From the NCBI RefSeq assembly GCF_044704955.1, contig NC_091993.1, positions 111,104,001 to 111,168,000 of the forward strand: a stretch of 64,000 bases of DNA, read 5' to 3'. The translations under genes were made by a program, and so were the position numbers. The first letter of the stretch is position 1, and each line of letters opens with the position of its first letter. Source of the stretch: Pristiophorus japonicus. Lineage: Eukaryota. Positions 52,352 to 64,000 of this stretch are shown piece after piece. The notes below the pieces were generated by a model. It was not told the DNA's origin. It did no database searches and saw only the letters and a program-made list of their open reading frames with translations.

Positions 52352-53714
52352 AGGATGTCATAGCAGCGCATTTGGAAAGAGGTGACATGATGGATCCAAG
52401 TCAGCATGGATTTGTGAAAGGGAAATCATGCTTGACAAATCTTCTGGAATTTTTTGAGGATGTTTCCAGTAGAGTGGACAAGGGAGAACCAGTTGATGTG
52501 GTATATTTGGACTTTCAGAAGGCTTTCGACAAGGTCCCACACAAGAAATGAATGTGCAAAGTTAAAGCACATGGGATTGGGGGTAGTGCGCTGACATGGA
52601 TTGTGAACTAGTTGTCAGACAGGAAGCAAAGAGTAGGAGTAAATGGGGATTTTTTAGAATGGCAGGCAGTGACTAGTGGGGTACCGCAAGGTTCTGTGCT
52701 GGGGCCCCAGCTGTTTACACTGTACATTAATGATTTCGACGAGGGGATTAAATGTAGTATCTCCAAATTTGCGGATGACACTAAGTTGGGTGGCAGTGTG
52801 AGCTGCGAGGAGGATGCTATGATGCTGCAGAGCGACTTGGATACTTGGATAGGTTAGGTGAGTGGACAAATGCATGGCAGATGAAGTATAATGTGGATAA
52901 ATGTGAGGTTATCCACTTTGGTGGTAAAAACAGAGAGACAGACTATTATCTGAATGGTGACAGATTAGGAAGAGGGGAGGTGCAACGAGACCTGGGTGTC
53001 ATGGTACATCAGTCATTGAAGGTTGGCATGCAGGTACAGCAGGTGGTTAAGAAAGCAAATGGCATGTTGGCCTTCATAGCGAGGGGATTTGAGTACAGGG
53101 GAAGGGAGGTGTTGCTACAGTTGTACAGGGCCTTGGTGAGGCCACACCTGGAGTATTGTGTACAGTTTTGGTCTCCTAACTTAAAGAAGGACATTCTTGC
53201 TATTGAGGGAGTGCAGTGAAGGTTCACCAGACTGATTCCCGGGATGGCGGGACTGACCTATCAAGAAAGACTGGATCAACTGGGATTGTATTCACTGGAG
53301 TTCAGATGAATGAGAGGGGACCTCATAGAAACGCTTAAAATTCTGATGGGTTTAGACAGGTCAGATGCAGGAAGAATGTTCCCAATGTTGGGGAAGTCCA
53401 GAACCAGGGGACACAGTCTAAGGATAAGGGGTAAGCCATTTAGGACCGAGATAAGGAGAAACTTCTTCACCAAGAGAGTGGTGAACCTGTGGAATTCTCT
53501 ACCACAGAAAGTTGTTGAGGCCAATTCACTAAATATATTCAAAAAGGAGCTAGATGAAGTCCTTACTACTAGGGAGATCAAGGGGTATGGCGAGAAAGCA
53601 GGAATGGGGGACTGAAGTTGCATGTTCAGCCATGAACTCATTGAATGGCGGTGCAGGCTAGAAGGGCCGAATGGCCTACTCCTGCACCTATTTTCTATGT
53701 TTCTATGTTTCTAT
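52352..53714 (+). mobile_element. CR1 LINE 'left' copy in unit 3, degenerate
   Basis: RT motifs with stops, an 8-bp duplication (acttggat) near 52835-52850, and a (tttctatg)n tail. Confidence 0.9.
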
Positions 53715-54636
53715 GATGCTTGGGAAAGAAAGGAAGAAATTGCGCAGGTACTGGCCATAATCTTCCAATCCTTCTTGGAAACGGGACTTGTGCCAGAGGA
53801 CCGGAGAATTGCAAATGTTACACACTTGTTCAAAAAATGGTGTAAGGACAAACCTAGCAACTACAGTCCAATGCGTTTGACTTCGGTACTGGGAAAGATT
53901 TTAGAAGCGACAATCCGGGACAAAATTGATAGGCACTTGGACAAGTATGGATTAATTAAGGAAAGCCAGCACGGATGTATTAAAGGAAAATCATGTTTAA
54001 CTGACTTGATTGAGTTTTTTGATGAGGGTTGATGAAGGCAATGCGGATCATGTGGTGTATAAGGTCTTCTAAAAGGCGTTTGATGAAGTGCCACATAATA
54101 GGCTTGCCAGCAAAGTTGAAGTCCATGGAATAAAAGGGACAGTGGCAGCATGGATACGAATTTGGCTCAGTGAAAGGAAACACAGAGTAGTGGTGAACGG
54201 TTGTTTTTTGGACTGGAGGAAGGTATACAGTGGTGTTCCCCAGGCGTCGGTACGAGGACCACCACTTTTCTCGATGTATGTAAATGACTTAGACTTGGGT
54301 GTACAAGGCAGAATTTCAAAATTTGCGGATGACGCAAAACTTGGAAGTACAGCGAACAGTGAGGAGGATAGTGATAGACTTCAAGAGGCTGTTGGAATGG
54401 ACAGACACGTGGCAGATGAAATTTAATGCAGAAAAGTGCGAGGTGTACATTTTGAAAGGAAGAACGAGGAAAGGCAATATAACCTAAAGGTTACAATTCT
54501 AAAGAGGGTGCAGGAACAGAGAGACCTGGGGGTATATGTGCACAAATCATTGAATGTGGCAGGGCAGCTTGAGAAAGTGGTTAAGAAAACATACGGGATC
54601 CTGGACTTCATAAATAGAGTACAAATGTAAAGAAGT
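53715..54636 (+). mobile_element. Middle segment of an older CR1, present only in unit 3
   Basis: Degenerate RT motifs (ESQHGCIKGKSCLTDLIEFF, SGVPQASVRGP, KFADDAKL). Colinear with the older-CR1 pieces at ~52283-52351 and 56681-57100. Confidence 0.85.
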
Positions 54637-56680
54637 CGTAAAAATAAAAAAGGGAAGGTGGCTCAACCATGGCTATCAAGGGAAATCAGGGATTGCATTA
54701 AAGCCAAGGAGGTGGCATACAAATTGGCCAGAAATAGCAGAGAACCCGGGGACTGGGAGAAATTTAGAACTCAGCAGAGGAGGACAAAGGGTTTGATTAG
54801 GGCAGGGAAAATGGAGTACGAGAAGAAGCTTGCAGGGAACATTAAGACGGATTGCAAAAGTTTCGATAGATATGTAAAGAGAAAAAGGTTAGTAAAGACA
54901 AACGTAGGTCCCCTGCAGTCAGAATCAGGGGAAGTCATAACGGGGAACAAAGAAATGGCTGACCAATTGAACAAGTACTTTGGTTCGGTATTCACTGAGG
55001 AGGACACAAACAACCTTCCGGATATAAAAGGGATCGGAGGGTCTAGTAAGGAGGAGGAACTGAGGGAAATCCTTATTAGTCAGGAAATTGTGTTGGGGAA
55101 ATTGATGGGATTGAAGGTCGATAAATCCCCAGGGCCTGATGGACTGCACCCCAGAGTACTTAAGGAGGTGGCCTTGGAAATAGCGGATGCATTGACAGTC
55201 ATTTTCCAAGTTCCTATGGAGTGGAGTGTAGCCAATGTAACCCCACTTTTAAAAAAAGGAGGGAGAGAGAAAATAGGGAATTACAGACCGGTCAGCCTGA
55301 CATCGGTAGTGGGTAAAATGATGGAATCAATTATTAAGGATGTCATAGCAGTGCATTTGGAAAGAGGTAATATGATAGGTCCAAGTCAGCATGGATTTGT
55401 GAAAGGGAAATCATGCTTGACAAATCTTCTGGAATTTTTTGAGGATGTTTCCAGTAGAGTGGACAAGGGAGAACCTTGTGGTATATTTGGACTTTCAGAA
55501 GGCTTTCGACAAGGTCCCACACAAGAAATTAATGTGCAAAGTTAAAGCACATGGGATTGGGGGTAGTGTGCTGACATGGATTGAGAACTGGTTGTCAGAC
55601 AGGAAGCAAAGAGTAGGAGTAAATGGGGATTTTTCAGAATGGCAGGCAGTGACTAGTGGGGTACCGCAAGGTTCTGTGCTGGGGCCCCAGCTGTTTACAC
55701 TGTACATTAATGATTTCGACGAGGGGTTTAAATGTAGTATCTCCAAATTTGCGGATGACACTAAGTTGGGTGGCAGTGTGAGCTGCAAGGAGGATTCTAT
55801 GAGGCTGCAGAGCGACTTGGATAGGTTAGGTGAGTGGGCAAATGCATGGCAGATGAAGTATAATGTGGATAAATGTGAGGTTATCCACTTTGGTGGTAAA
55901 AACAGAGAGACAGACTATTATCTGATTGGTGACAGATTCCGAAAAGGGGAGGTGCAAAGAGACCTGGGTGTCATGGTACATCAGTCATTGAAGGTTGGCA
56001 TGCAGGTACAGCAGGCAGTTAAGAAAGCAAATGGCATGTTGGCCTTCATAGCGAGGGGATTTGAGTACAAGGGCAGGGAGGTGTTGCTACAATTGTACAG
56101 GGCCTTGGTGAGGCCACACCTGGAGTATTGTGTACAGTTTTGGTCTCCTAACCTGAGGAAGGACATTCTTGCTATTGAGGGAGTGCAGCGAAGGTTCACC
56201 AGACTGATTCCCGGGATGGCGGGACTGACCTATCAAGAAAGACTGGATCAACTGGGCTTGTATTCACTGGAGTTCAGAAGAATGAGAGGGGACCTCATAG
56301 AAACGTTTAAAATTCTGACGGGGTTAGACAGGTTAGATGCAGGAAGAATGTTCCCAATGTTGGGGAAGTCCAGAACCAGGAGACACAGTCTAAGGATAAG
56401 GGGGAAGCCATTTAGGACCGAGATGAGGAGGAATTTCTTCACCCAGAGAGTGGTGAACCTGTGGAATTCTCTACCACAGAAAGTTGTTGAGGCCAATTCA
56501 CTAAATATATTCAAAAAGGAGTTAGATGAAGTCCTTACTACTAGGGGAATCAAGGGGTATGGTGAGAAAGCAGGAATGGGGTACTGAAGTTGCATGTTCA
56601 GCCATGAACTCATTGAATGGCGGTGCAGGCTAGAAGAGCCGAATGGCCTACTCCTGCACCTATTTTCTATCCATGTTTCT
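54637..56680 (+). mobile_element. CR1 LINE 'right' copy in unit 3, ~2.0 kb, 5'-truncated
   Basis: ORF2 pieces 54658-55545 and 55439-56587 are joined by a frameshifting 4-bp deletion near 55476. Flanked by aagt...aagt. Confidence 0.92.
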
Positions 56681-59186
56681 AAGTTATGATGAACCTTTAT
56701 AAAACACTGGTTCGGCCTTAACTGGAGTATTGTGTCCAATTGTGGGAACTGCAGTTTAGGAACAATGTGAAGGCCTTCGAGGGGGTGCAGAAAAGATTTA
56801 CAAGACTGATTCCAGGAATGAGGGACTTCAGTTACGTGGATAGACTGGAGAAGCTGGGGTTGCTCTACTTCGAGCAGGGAAAGCTGAGAGGAAATTTGAT
56901 ACAGGTGTTCAAAATCTTGAGGGGTCGAGATAGAGTAGATAGAGAGAAATTGTTCCCATTGGCAGAATGACCGAGACCAGAGGACACAGATTTAAGGTGA
57001 TTGGCAGAAGAACCAAAGGCGACATGAGGAAAAACCTTTTTTCGCAGTGGGTGGTCAGGATCTGGAATTCACTTCCTGAAAGGGTGATGGGGGCAGATGC
57101 AATTCCGATGCCGAGCCTGCCTACAGGTCGGTCTGGGGATGGTGGGGGAGTGAAGCTACTGGGTGCGGGACTGGACCGGCAATAATGTTGTGGAGCCAGG
57201 AGCAGCACGTTACCCTCCTGGGCCAACAGAACAACTGGGTGGAGCCAACTGCAAAGGGGATGGAGTATAAAAGCAGGGAAGTCTTGCTACAGTTGTACAG
57301 GGTATTGACGATGCCACACCTGGAATACTGCGTGCAGTTTTGGTTTTCATATTTACGAAAGGATATACATGCTTTGGAGACAGTTCAGAGAAGGTTCACA
57401 AGGTTGATTCCGGAGATGAGGGGGTTGACTTATGAGAAAAGATTGAGTAGGTTGGGCGTCTACTCATTGGAATTCGGAAGAATGAGAGGCAATCTTATCG
57501 AAGTGTATAAGATAATGAGGGGGCTTGAATAGGTGGAGGTAGAGAGGATGTTTCCACTGATGGGGGAGACTAGAACTAGAGGGCATGATCTTAGAATAAG
57601 GGGCCACCCATTTAAAACTGAGATGAGGAGAAATTTCTTCTCTCAGAGGGTTGTAAATCTGTGGAATTCGCTGCCTCAGAGAGCTGTGGAAGCTGGGACA
57701 TTGAATAAATTTAAGATAGAACTAGGCAGTTTCTTAAACGATAAGGGGATAAGGGGTTATGGGGAACGGAGCTGAGACCATGACCAGATCAGCCATGGTC
57801 TTATTGAATGGCGGAGCAGGCTCGAGGGGCAGTATGGCCTACTCCTGTTCCTATTTCTTATGTTCTTATGTTCTTATTAGCTCCGCACATTTGCAAATCA
57901 ATTTTGATCGGGATCCTAAACCTGGCAGAAAGATTTGAATCTGCGAGGTGCTTAACTTATGTTTCAGGCAGATGCCCTGCACACCTAGTCGCTGCTTCCA
58001 ATCAATGGTTTCATAAAGCAAAAATGTATGAAAATACATGTTAAGCCAAAGATGCCCCTGCCAAGCCAGCAACTTTGGGCAGAAAAATATATAAAGCAAG
58101 TGGGTACACTGTGAAAGTGAGATCATTGAAAGGCAGAAGCGTCAGTAACCAGAGGACACCGATTTAAGGTGATTGCCAAAAAAAGCAGAGGTGACATGAG
58201 GAAACATTTTTTTACACAGCAAGTTGTTGTGCTCTGAACTGCACTGCCTGAAAGGGTGGTGGAAGCAGATTTAATAGTAACATTCAGAAGAGAATTGGAT
58301 GAATACTTAAAGAGAAAACATTTACAGGGCTAGGGGGACAGAGCAAGGGAGTGAGATTAATTGGATAGCTCTGTGAAAGAGCCTGGCACAGGCACGATAG
58401 GCTAAAGGGTCACCTTCTGTGCTGTATCATTCTACGATTCTATGATAAGCAGGCCTGTGCTGACAGTCCTTGTTATCACCAGAAATAGGAGCAGGTGTTG
58501 CCTCGAGCCCGCTCTGCATGCTTCATTTTATTTATCAACCATTTTCTTGGCACTTACATGTACCTTATCTTCATGTTTACATATTGTTCTGAGCACCTTG
58601 TTTGGAAAACTGTTCCTTCATAACAGTAATCAGGATTTTTTTCCCTAAGTTTTCAGAGCACTGTGACCCAGAAATTCAGCTGCAGAGCACCGTTTTTCAA
58701 GCGCTAAATGGCCTACTATGCTCCCAATATGGCAGGCAGGAAGCATGTGCACATTTCCGGCTGGAAGTGCGCCGCTCGCTACATGAGATTAACTGGCTAC
58801 TCTGGTGTCAGGAACGCACGTCGGGAACATTGAAAGGGGGAAATAATTCATTTAAATTAGGGTCCCGCATGTCTTGCCGGATTAGTTTGCGATTTCCAAA
58901 TTGCCCAGCGCTTCACTCGCCCCGTGCTGAACTTGCACAGCGCAGCGTGATGCTAACCAGCAGGAAGGCCCCCATACTTACCTGGACGTGGAGCCTGCAG
59001 TTTTCCTGCTCCTCCCCATCCCGCATTAAAGGAACGTAGGCCGCTCGCTCTCCCCACCGATTCCTAGGCCTCTGTCTTTAGTCCAAAAGCAGGTTTGAGG
59101 TTACAGTGAAGGTTGGCAATCTAGATGACATTGCCGAGGGAATAACGTGTTATTCAAGAGAAGGTAAAGATCACATTATGTAGGTA

Positions 59187-59290
59187 AGATAAGAACTGTT
59201 ATTTTTCCATTAAGACTGGTCTTTTTCCAGTGATAACGTACTATAGCGTATGGGATTATTTATCACTAAAATAAACTCAGTGTATAAAAG
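59187..59290 (+). promoter_or_regulatory. Proximal promoter of copy D (TATA + GATA)
   Basis: Same motifs as the copy B promoter, with TATAAAAG at 59283. Confidence 0.7.
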
Positions 59291-59324
59291 AGGGAGTTGA
59301 TCTCCACAACACACCAGTTACAAG

Positions 59325-62300
59325 ATGGCAAAGCTCCTGGTTGCAACAGGTAAGCATGTTTTACCATTTCATTACTTTCGATGTTGTAAGATTTTTCAGA
59401 AAATTTAGCTCTAAGATACCAATGGGGAATAGAACAAAGTGAAGACTCTTTTCTCAAATTCAAGTCTAATTAAAAAAGATTTGATTTTCTTTCTGTGTTA
59501 TCTGAAGATACGTTACTGTTGATAGCACGCTGCTAAGTGCATGTTTTGACCAAAATTAACAGCAACAACAACAACTTGTATTTATATAGTGCCTTTAACA
59601 TAGTGAAACATCCCAGGGTGCTTCACAGGAGTATTGAGAGACAAAAAGTTTGACCCCAAGCCACATATTAAGGCAGGTGACCAAAAGCTTTGTCAAAGAG
59701 GAAGGTTTTAAGGATGGTCTTGAAGAAGGAAAGAGAGGTAGAGAGGCACTCCAAATGACCCAACCCCATCGGATTATCTCCCTCCTGTTCCCCAATAAAT
59801 GCTCTTTGACTGTACCGTGCATCATTATACTTCTGTTGTGATCAGATACAAGCAAGCAGGTGACCAAAAGTGATTGTGAGTCAATTCTCAGGTCTACCAG
59901 CTTCAGTTTTTAACTAATTGCGAAATGAACGTGAACAAATGGGGTTAAATTGTAATGAGTGATAGCAGTAGAATTGCATGAAGTGGAAGGAGGCTGTCTG
60001 TGTGATGGAGAGAATATGGGCTTGGAAGTTCCATTTGTGATTGAATACGACACGCGTTTGCGAGCAGTCTGGTTCAGCCTGAGACTGTAGCCAGGAACGA
60101 GTTGATGGCAAAATTGGGGATGGGAGCCAAAGATGAAAACTTCGCTCATTCCAATGTTTAGCTGGAAAAAAATTGTGACTCATCCAAAACTGGTTGTTGG
60201 ACAAGTTATCAGACAGTACAGGGACACTGGAGGTGTGAAGAAGGTTGGTGGTGAGGTAGAGCCGATGTCATCAACGTACATCATCATCATCATCATAGGC
60301 AGTCCCTCGGAATCGAGGAAGACTTGCTTCCACTCTTGAAGTGAGTTCTTTGGTGGCTGAACAGTCCAATACGAGAGCCACAGACTCTGTCACAGGTGGG
60401 ACAGATAGTTTTTGAGGGAAGGGGTAGGTGGGACTGCTTTGCCGCACGCTCTTTCCGCTGTCTGCGCTTGATTTCTGCATGCTCTCGCCATTGAGGCTTG
60501 AGATGCTCAGCAGCCTCTCGGATGCACTTCCTCCACTTAGGGCGGTCTTGGGCCAGGGACTCCCAGGTGTCAGTGGGGATGTTGCACTTTATCAGGGAGG
60601 CTTTGAGGGTGTCCTTGTACTGTTTCCGCTGCCCACCTTTGGCTCGTTTGCCATGAAGGAGCTCCGAGTAGAGCACTTGCTTTGGTAGTCTCGTGTCTGG
60701 CATGCGGACTATGTGGCCTGCCCAGCGGAGCTGATCGAGTGTGGTCAGTGCTTCAATGCTGGGGATGTTAGCCTACATCAACGTACATGTGGATGCTGAC
60801 CCCATGTCTGCAGATTATGTCGTTAAAGGGCAGCATATAGGTGAGGTAAAGGATTGTGCCAAGGATAGGTTCTTGTGGGCTCCCAGCCACACATATAATA
60901 GGCTCATTGTGTATCCTTGAATCTTTAAGCATATTTTGATCATAATTCTAAAACTTACTTTATATCCTTTATTGCAGTGGTGGTCTTGTTGGCGTGCCTG
61001 GAACTGGGTAAGTCTTTGTGCATTTCAAGCGTTCCTTTATTTTAATGTAATGTGTGGAAGCACTGTCCTGATTTCCATTTCTCCCCACTCACAGGCTCTG
61101 CCTACAGACTGGTTTGTTACTTTACAAACTGGGCTCAGTACAGGCCAGGAGCGGGGAAGTACAAGCCGGAGAATGTGGACCCTTGCTTGTGCACACATCT
61201 GATCTACGCTTTTGCTGGGATGAAGGACAATCAAATCGCCACCTATGAATGGAACGATGTTACTCTCTACCACTCATTCAATTCCCTTAAAAACAAGTAT
61301 AATTATGCTATAAATATTGACAATGTACCTGAAATACTTAGCATTGTTTGATGTCTGTGTTATATTTTGTTTTATATTCCAAAATTGTGCCCATTTATAT
61401 ATAAATATAACTTGTCTGACCCAGCCAGAGAGGTGATATATGTGTAGAATTGGCTTATGATTTGCGTCTCACAAGTGGAGATTGAGTCAATGCCCAATGG
61501 TTCTGACAATGCCCAATGTAGAATGAAGCATATCATGATATCACCACGTAAACAAAAACACCTATTCATTCAACAACGCAATGCGCAACCCTTAGGCCGG
61601 TCTATCAAAGTAACAAGTTGTTTTAATGGGTGTGCAGCTAGATTATACTTGCCACATGCACTGAACTTTGCACTTGCTTCTGAATCTCAGAGTACACTGG
61701 AGCACATGCAGACATGTGTGCCGTGCAAAGTGCAGTGCGTACACACCTGCATATGTACAGTGACACTGGGTATCGGAGATAGCTGGAACAATCAGTCTGC
61801 TCACCAACACCGGGTGAGTGAGATGACATTATTTAATGCACTTTAATTGTTCCAGACTGCTACAAAGGCACAGATCAACTCATATTTTCACAAAAAACCA
61901 CCCCGCCCCAGTTTTGTATCCCCAATTGTTAGTGATTCTGTCCCCCTGTTTTAAAACTCCTCTCTTGTCATTTTCCCTACTCTGCCTTAGAGGACAGCTA
62001 GGTGACTTGCTCCCAGGGCTATGCAGGTGATGTTCATTGGAAGCTGCATAAATGTGGTGCAGAGAGATTTGTCAGTAAATGTGTGTTCTGCATTCAGGTA
62101 CTTCCATTTAACCAAATTCAATCGCACAAGGAGAAAGCAGTTAAAGATGAGAACAGTAATGATTTTCAGCAATTACTGAAGTGTTATTAAATGCATTTGC
62201 TTATGTTCTAATTTTACAACAGAAATGGAAACCTTAAGACACTTCTGTCCATCGGAGGCTGGAACTTTGGAACTCAGAAGTAAGATGGAAATATTTTATT

Positions 62301-63562
62301 TTGGTATTGAGTGAAAAGTGATTCTTTTCCAATTGCTTGTGATGCAAAGTGAACTGGGGACAGACATATTGTGGGCAATGATAACCATGCAGTTTTCAAT
62401 AAATATATCGGAGGTTAGCTTATAGTATTTCTTGAATGAGTGATTAAGCTGGGCTGTCTGTAAAATGTAAATCAAACAATATTTAGGGGCTGATATTTGT
62501 CTGAAAGGAAAGATTGCAACATTTTCAGAAAGAATCATTTCAAGTTAATACACTTGGTGAAGATTGATTGAACTGATTACTGAGAGCAGCAACAATACAA
62601 CACTTAGCAATTATATTTTTGTAAATTCCTGGTATATCTTGAAATTATAAAAATTATGAAGCTCTTTCAGGTACAGGCTGAAATGACTAAATCAAAAATG
62701 CATCTGTTCTGAAATAAAAACAGAGCATGCTGGAAACACTCAGCAAGTCGGGCAGCTTCTGTGGAGCGAGAAACAGGGTTAAGGTTTCAGGCCAATGACA
62801 CTTCCTCAGCACTGGAAAAAGTTAGAGATGTAACAGGTTTTAAGCAAGTACAGAGGCAGCGAAAGTTGATGGGAGGAGTGATTAAATGACAAAAGAGATG
62901 ACGGTGTTCTGATTTTTCTTTAACATTATCCTCTCCTCCAGATTCAGCGCTATGGTTTCCTCATCAGCAACTCGCCAAACATTCATAAAGTCTGTGATTA
63001 GCTTCCTGCGCGGTTATGGGTTTGATGGTTTGGATATAGATTGGGAATATCCCGGGTCAAGGGGAAGCCCCCCACAAGACAAACATCTCTACACTCTGTT
63101 GACACAGGTGGGATTTAAAATACGATTTCATCAATTCCATGTAAATGGAATATTCAAAGTAGAAATATATGTATTTACTTCGCAAAACACTTTAATCGCA
63201 GCTTCATTAACCACTGTGATAAGAGAAAAATGTTTGTTGTGACTCTGTGCAATAACTGCTATCCATCTAGGCTCTGTTGAAACCTGGTTCTACCTCTAGC
63301 TATACCCTTGTATTAGATACATTATTATGCAACACTTGGGCATGGATACATTTTATAATTCTTTAGTCGGTGATTGAAACCCTCTGTTTTGCGTGGACCA
63401 GTTGCTAAGAGAACCTTTATTCACTTTCAACTTTTAGGAAATGATGGCAGCCTTCGAGGCTGAAGGGAAAAGTTCCGGGACTCCAAGACTCTTGCTCTCA
63501 GTTGCAGTTGCTGGTGGGAAGAGCAACATTGATACCGGCTATGAGGTTCCTCAGGTTGGACA
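59325..63562 (+). CDS. chia: GH18 acidic chitinase (CHIA-like), copy D, 5' part (exons 1-6; continues beyond window)
   Basis: Exons: 59325-59349, 60978-61007, 61095-61296, 62223-62279, 62942-63107, 63438-63562. Frame and splice sites are intact and the catalytic DIDWEYP is present. Confidence 0.93.
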
Positions 63563-64000
63563 GTAAGTATCCATGCCAGTCCTACAGGACTTTCTGATTT
63601 TTTTGTGCTTCCTTGGTAGTTCAGCAAATTTAACTAGTTAGTAGCTGGGCCATACAGCCCTGGAAAGTCCCAGGTTCCATCTCCAGTCTGTACTGAGTGG
63701 AACTGTCTTTCGAATGACACATTAAACCAAGGCCCCATCTGCTCTTTCAGCTCGACATAAAAGATCCCATGGCACTATTTTAAAGAAGAGCAGAGGAGTT
63801 ATCCCCGATGTCCTGGCCATTATTTATCCCTCAACCAACATCACTAAAAAACAAATTATCTGGTCATTATCACATTGCTGTTTGTGGGAGCTTACAGTGT
63901 TCAAATTGGCTGCCGCGTTTCCTACATTACAATAGTGACTACACTTCAAAAGTACTTCATTGGCTATAAAGTGCTTTGGGACGTCCGGTGATCGTGAAAG

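Larger units (their letters stand above)
43006..64000. repeat. Tandem segmental-duplication unit 3 (~24.5 kb, truncated by window end)
   Basis: Colinear with units 1 and 2 plus ~2.98 kb of extra CR1 sequence. ATG-to-ATG spacing is 21502 for B to C and 24494 for C to D. Confidence 0.97.

Noticed and set aside
1-64000. CRISPR array, retron or other prokaryotic defence-type system
   Set aside because: The DNA is eukaryotic, with spliceosomal introns and no short regularly spaced repeats. All RT sequences belong to the non-LTR retrotransposon clades CR1, RTE or L2.

Overview
Vertebrate genomic DNA, probably a cartilaginous fish (inferred from the CR1, RTE, L2 and Deu-SINE-like repeat content). 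The whole window is a recent head-to-tail tandem array of a ~21.5-kb unit: window position 1 recurs at 21506 and 43006, and the third unit is ~3 kb longer. Each unit carries one intron-containing GH18 chitinase gene of the CHIA/acidic-chitinase type on the + strand. Copies B (13329-23083) and C (34831-44580) are complete and intact, with 11 coding exons and 474 aa. Copy A (exons 10-11) and copy D (exons 1-6) are cut by the window edges. Several features are absent from the ORF track. (i) Each unit holds an inverted, tail-to-tail relic of a different chitinase paralog: exon 10 plus a Thr-rich hinge/CBM14 exon split by a solo LTR. (ii) A degenerate copy of the catalytic-motif exon lies in intron 6. 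(iii) A probable intron starts 14 nt after the stop codon. (iv) A pair of young CR1 LINEs is intact in unit 3 but collapsed into single chimeric CR1s, with different crossover points, in units 1 and 2. Most other ORF-track entries are LINE fragments or spurious. No prokaryotic-type systems, rRNA or tRNA genes, or CRISPR arrays were seen. All family assignments come from manual reading, with no database search.
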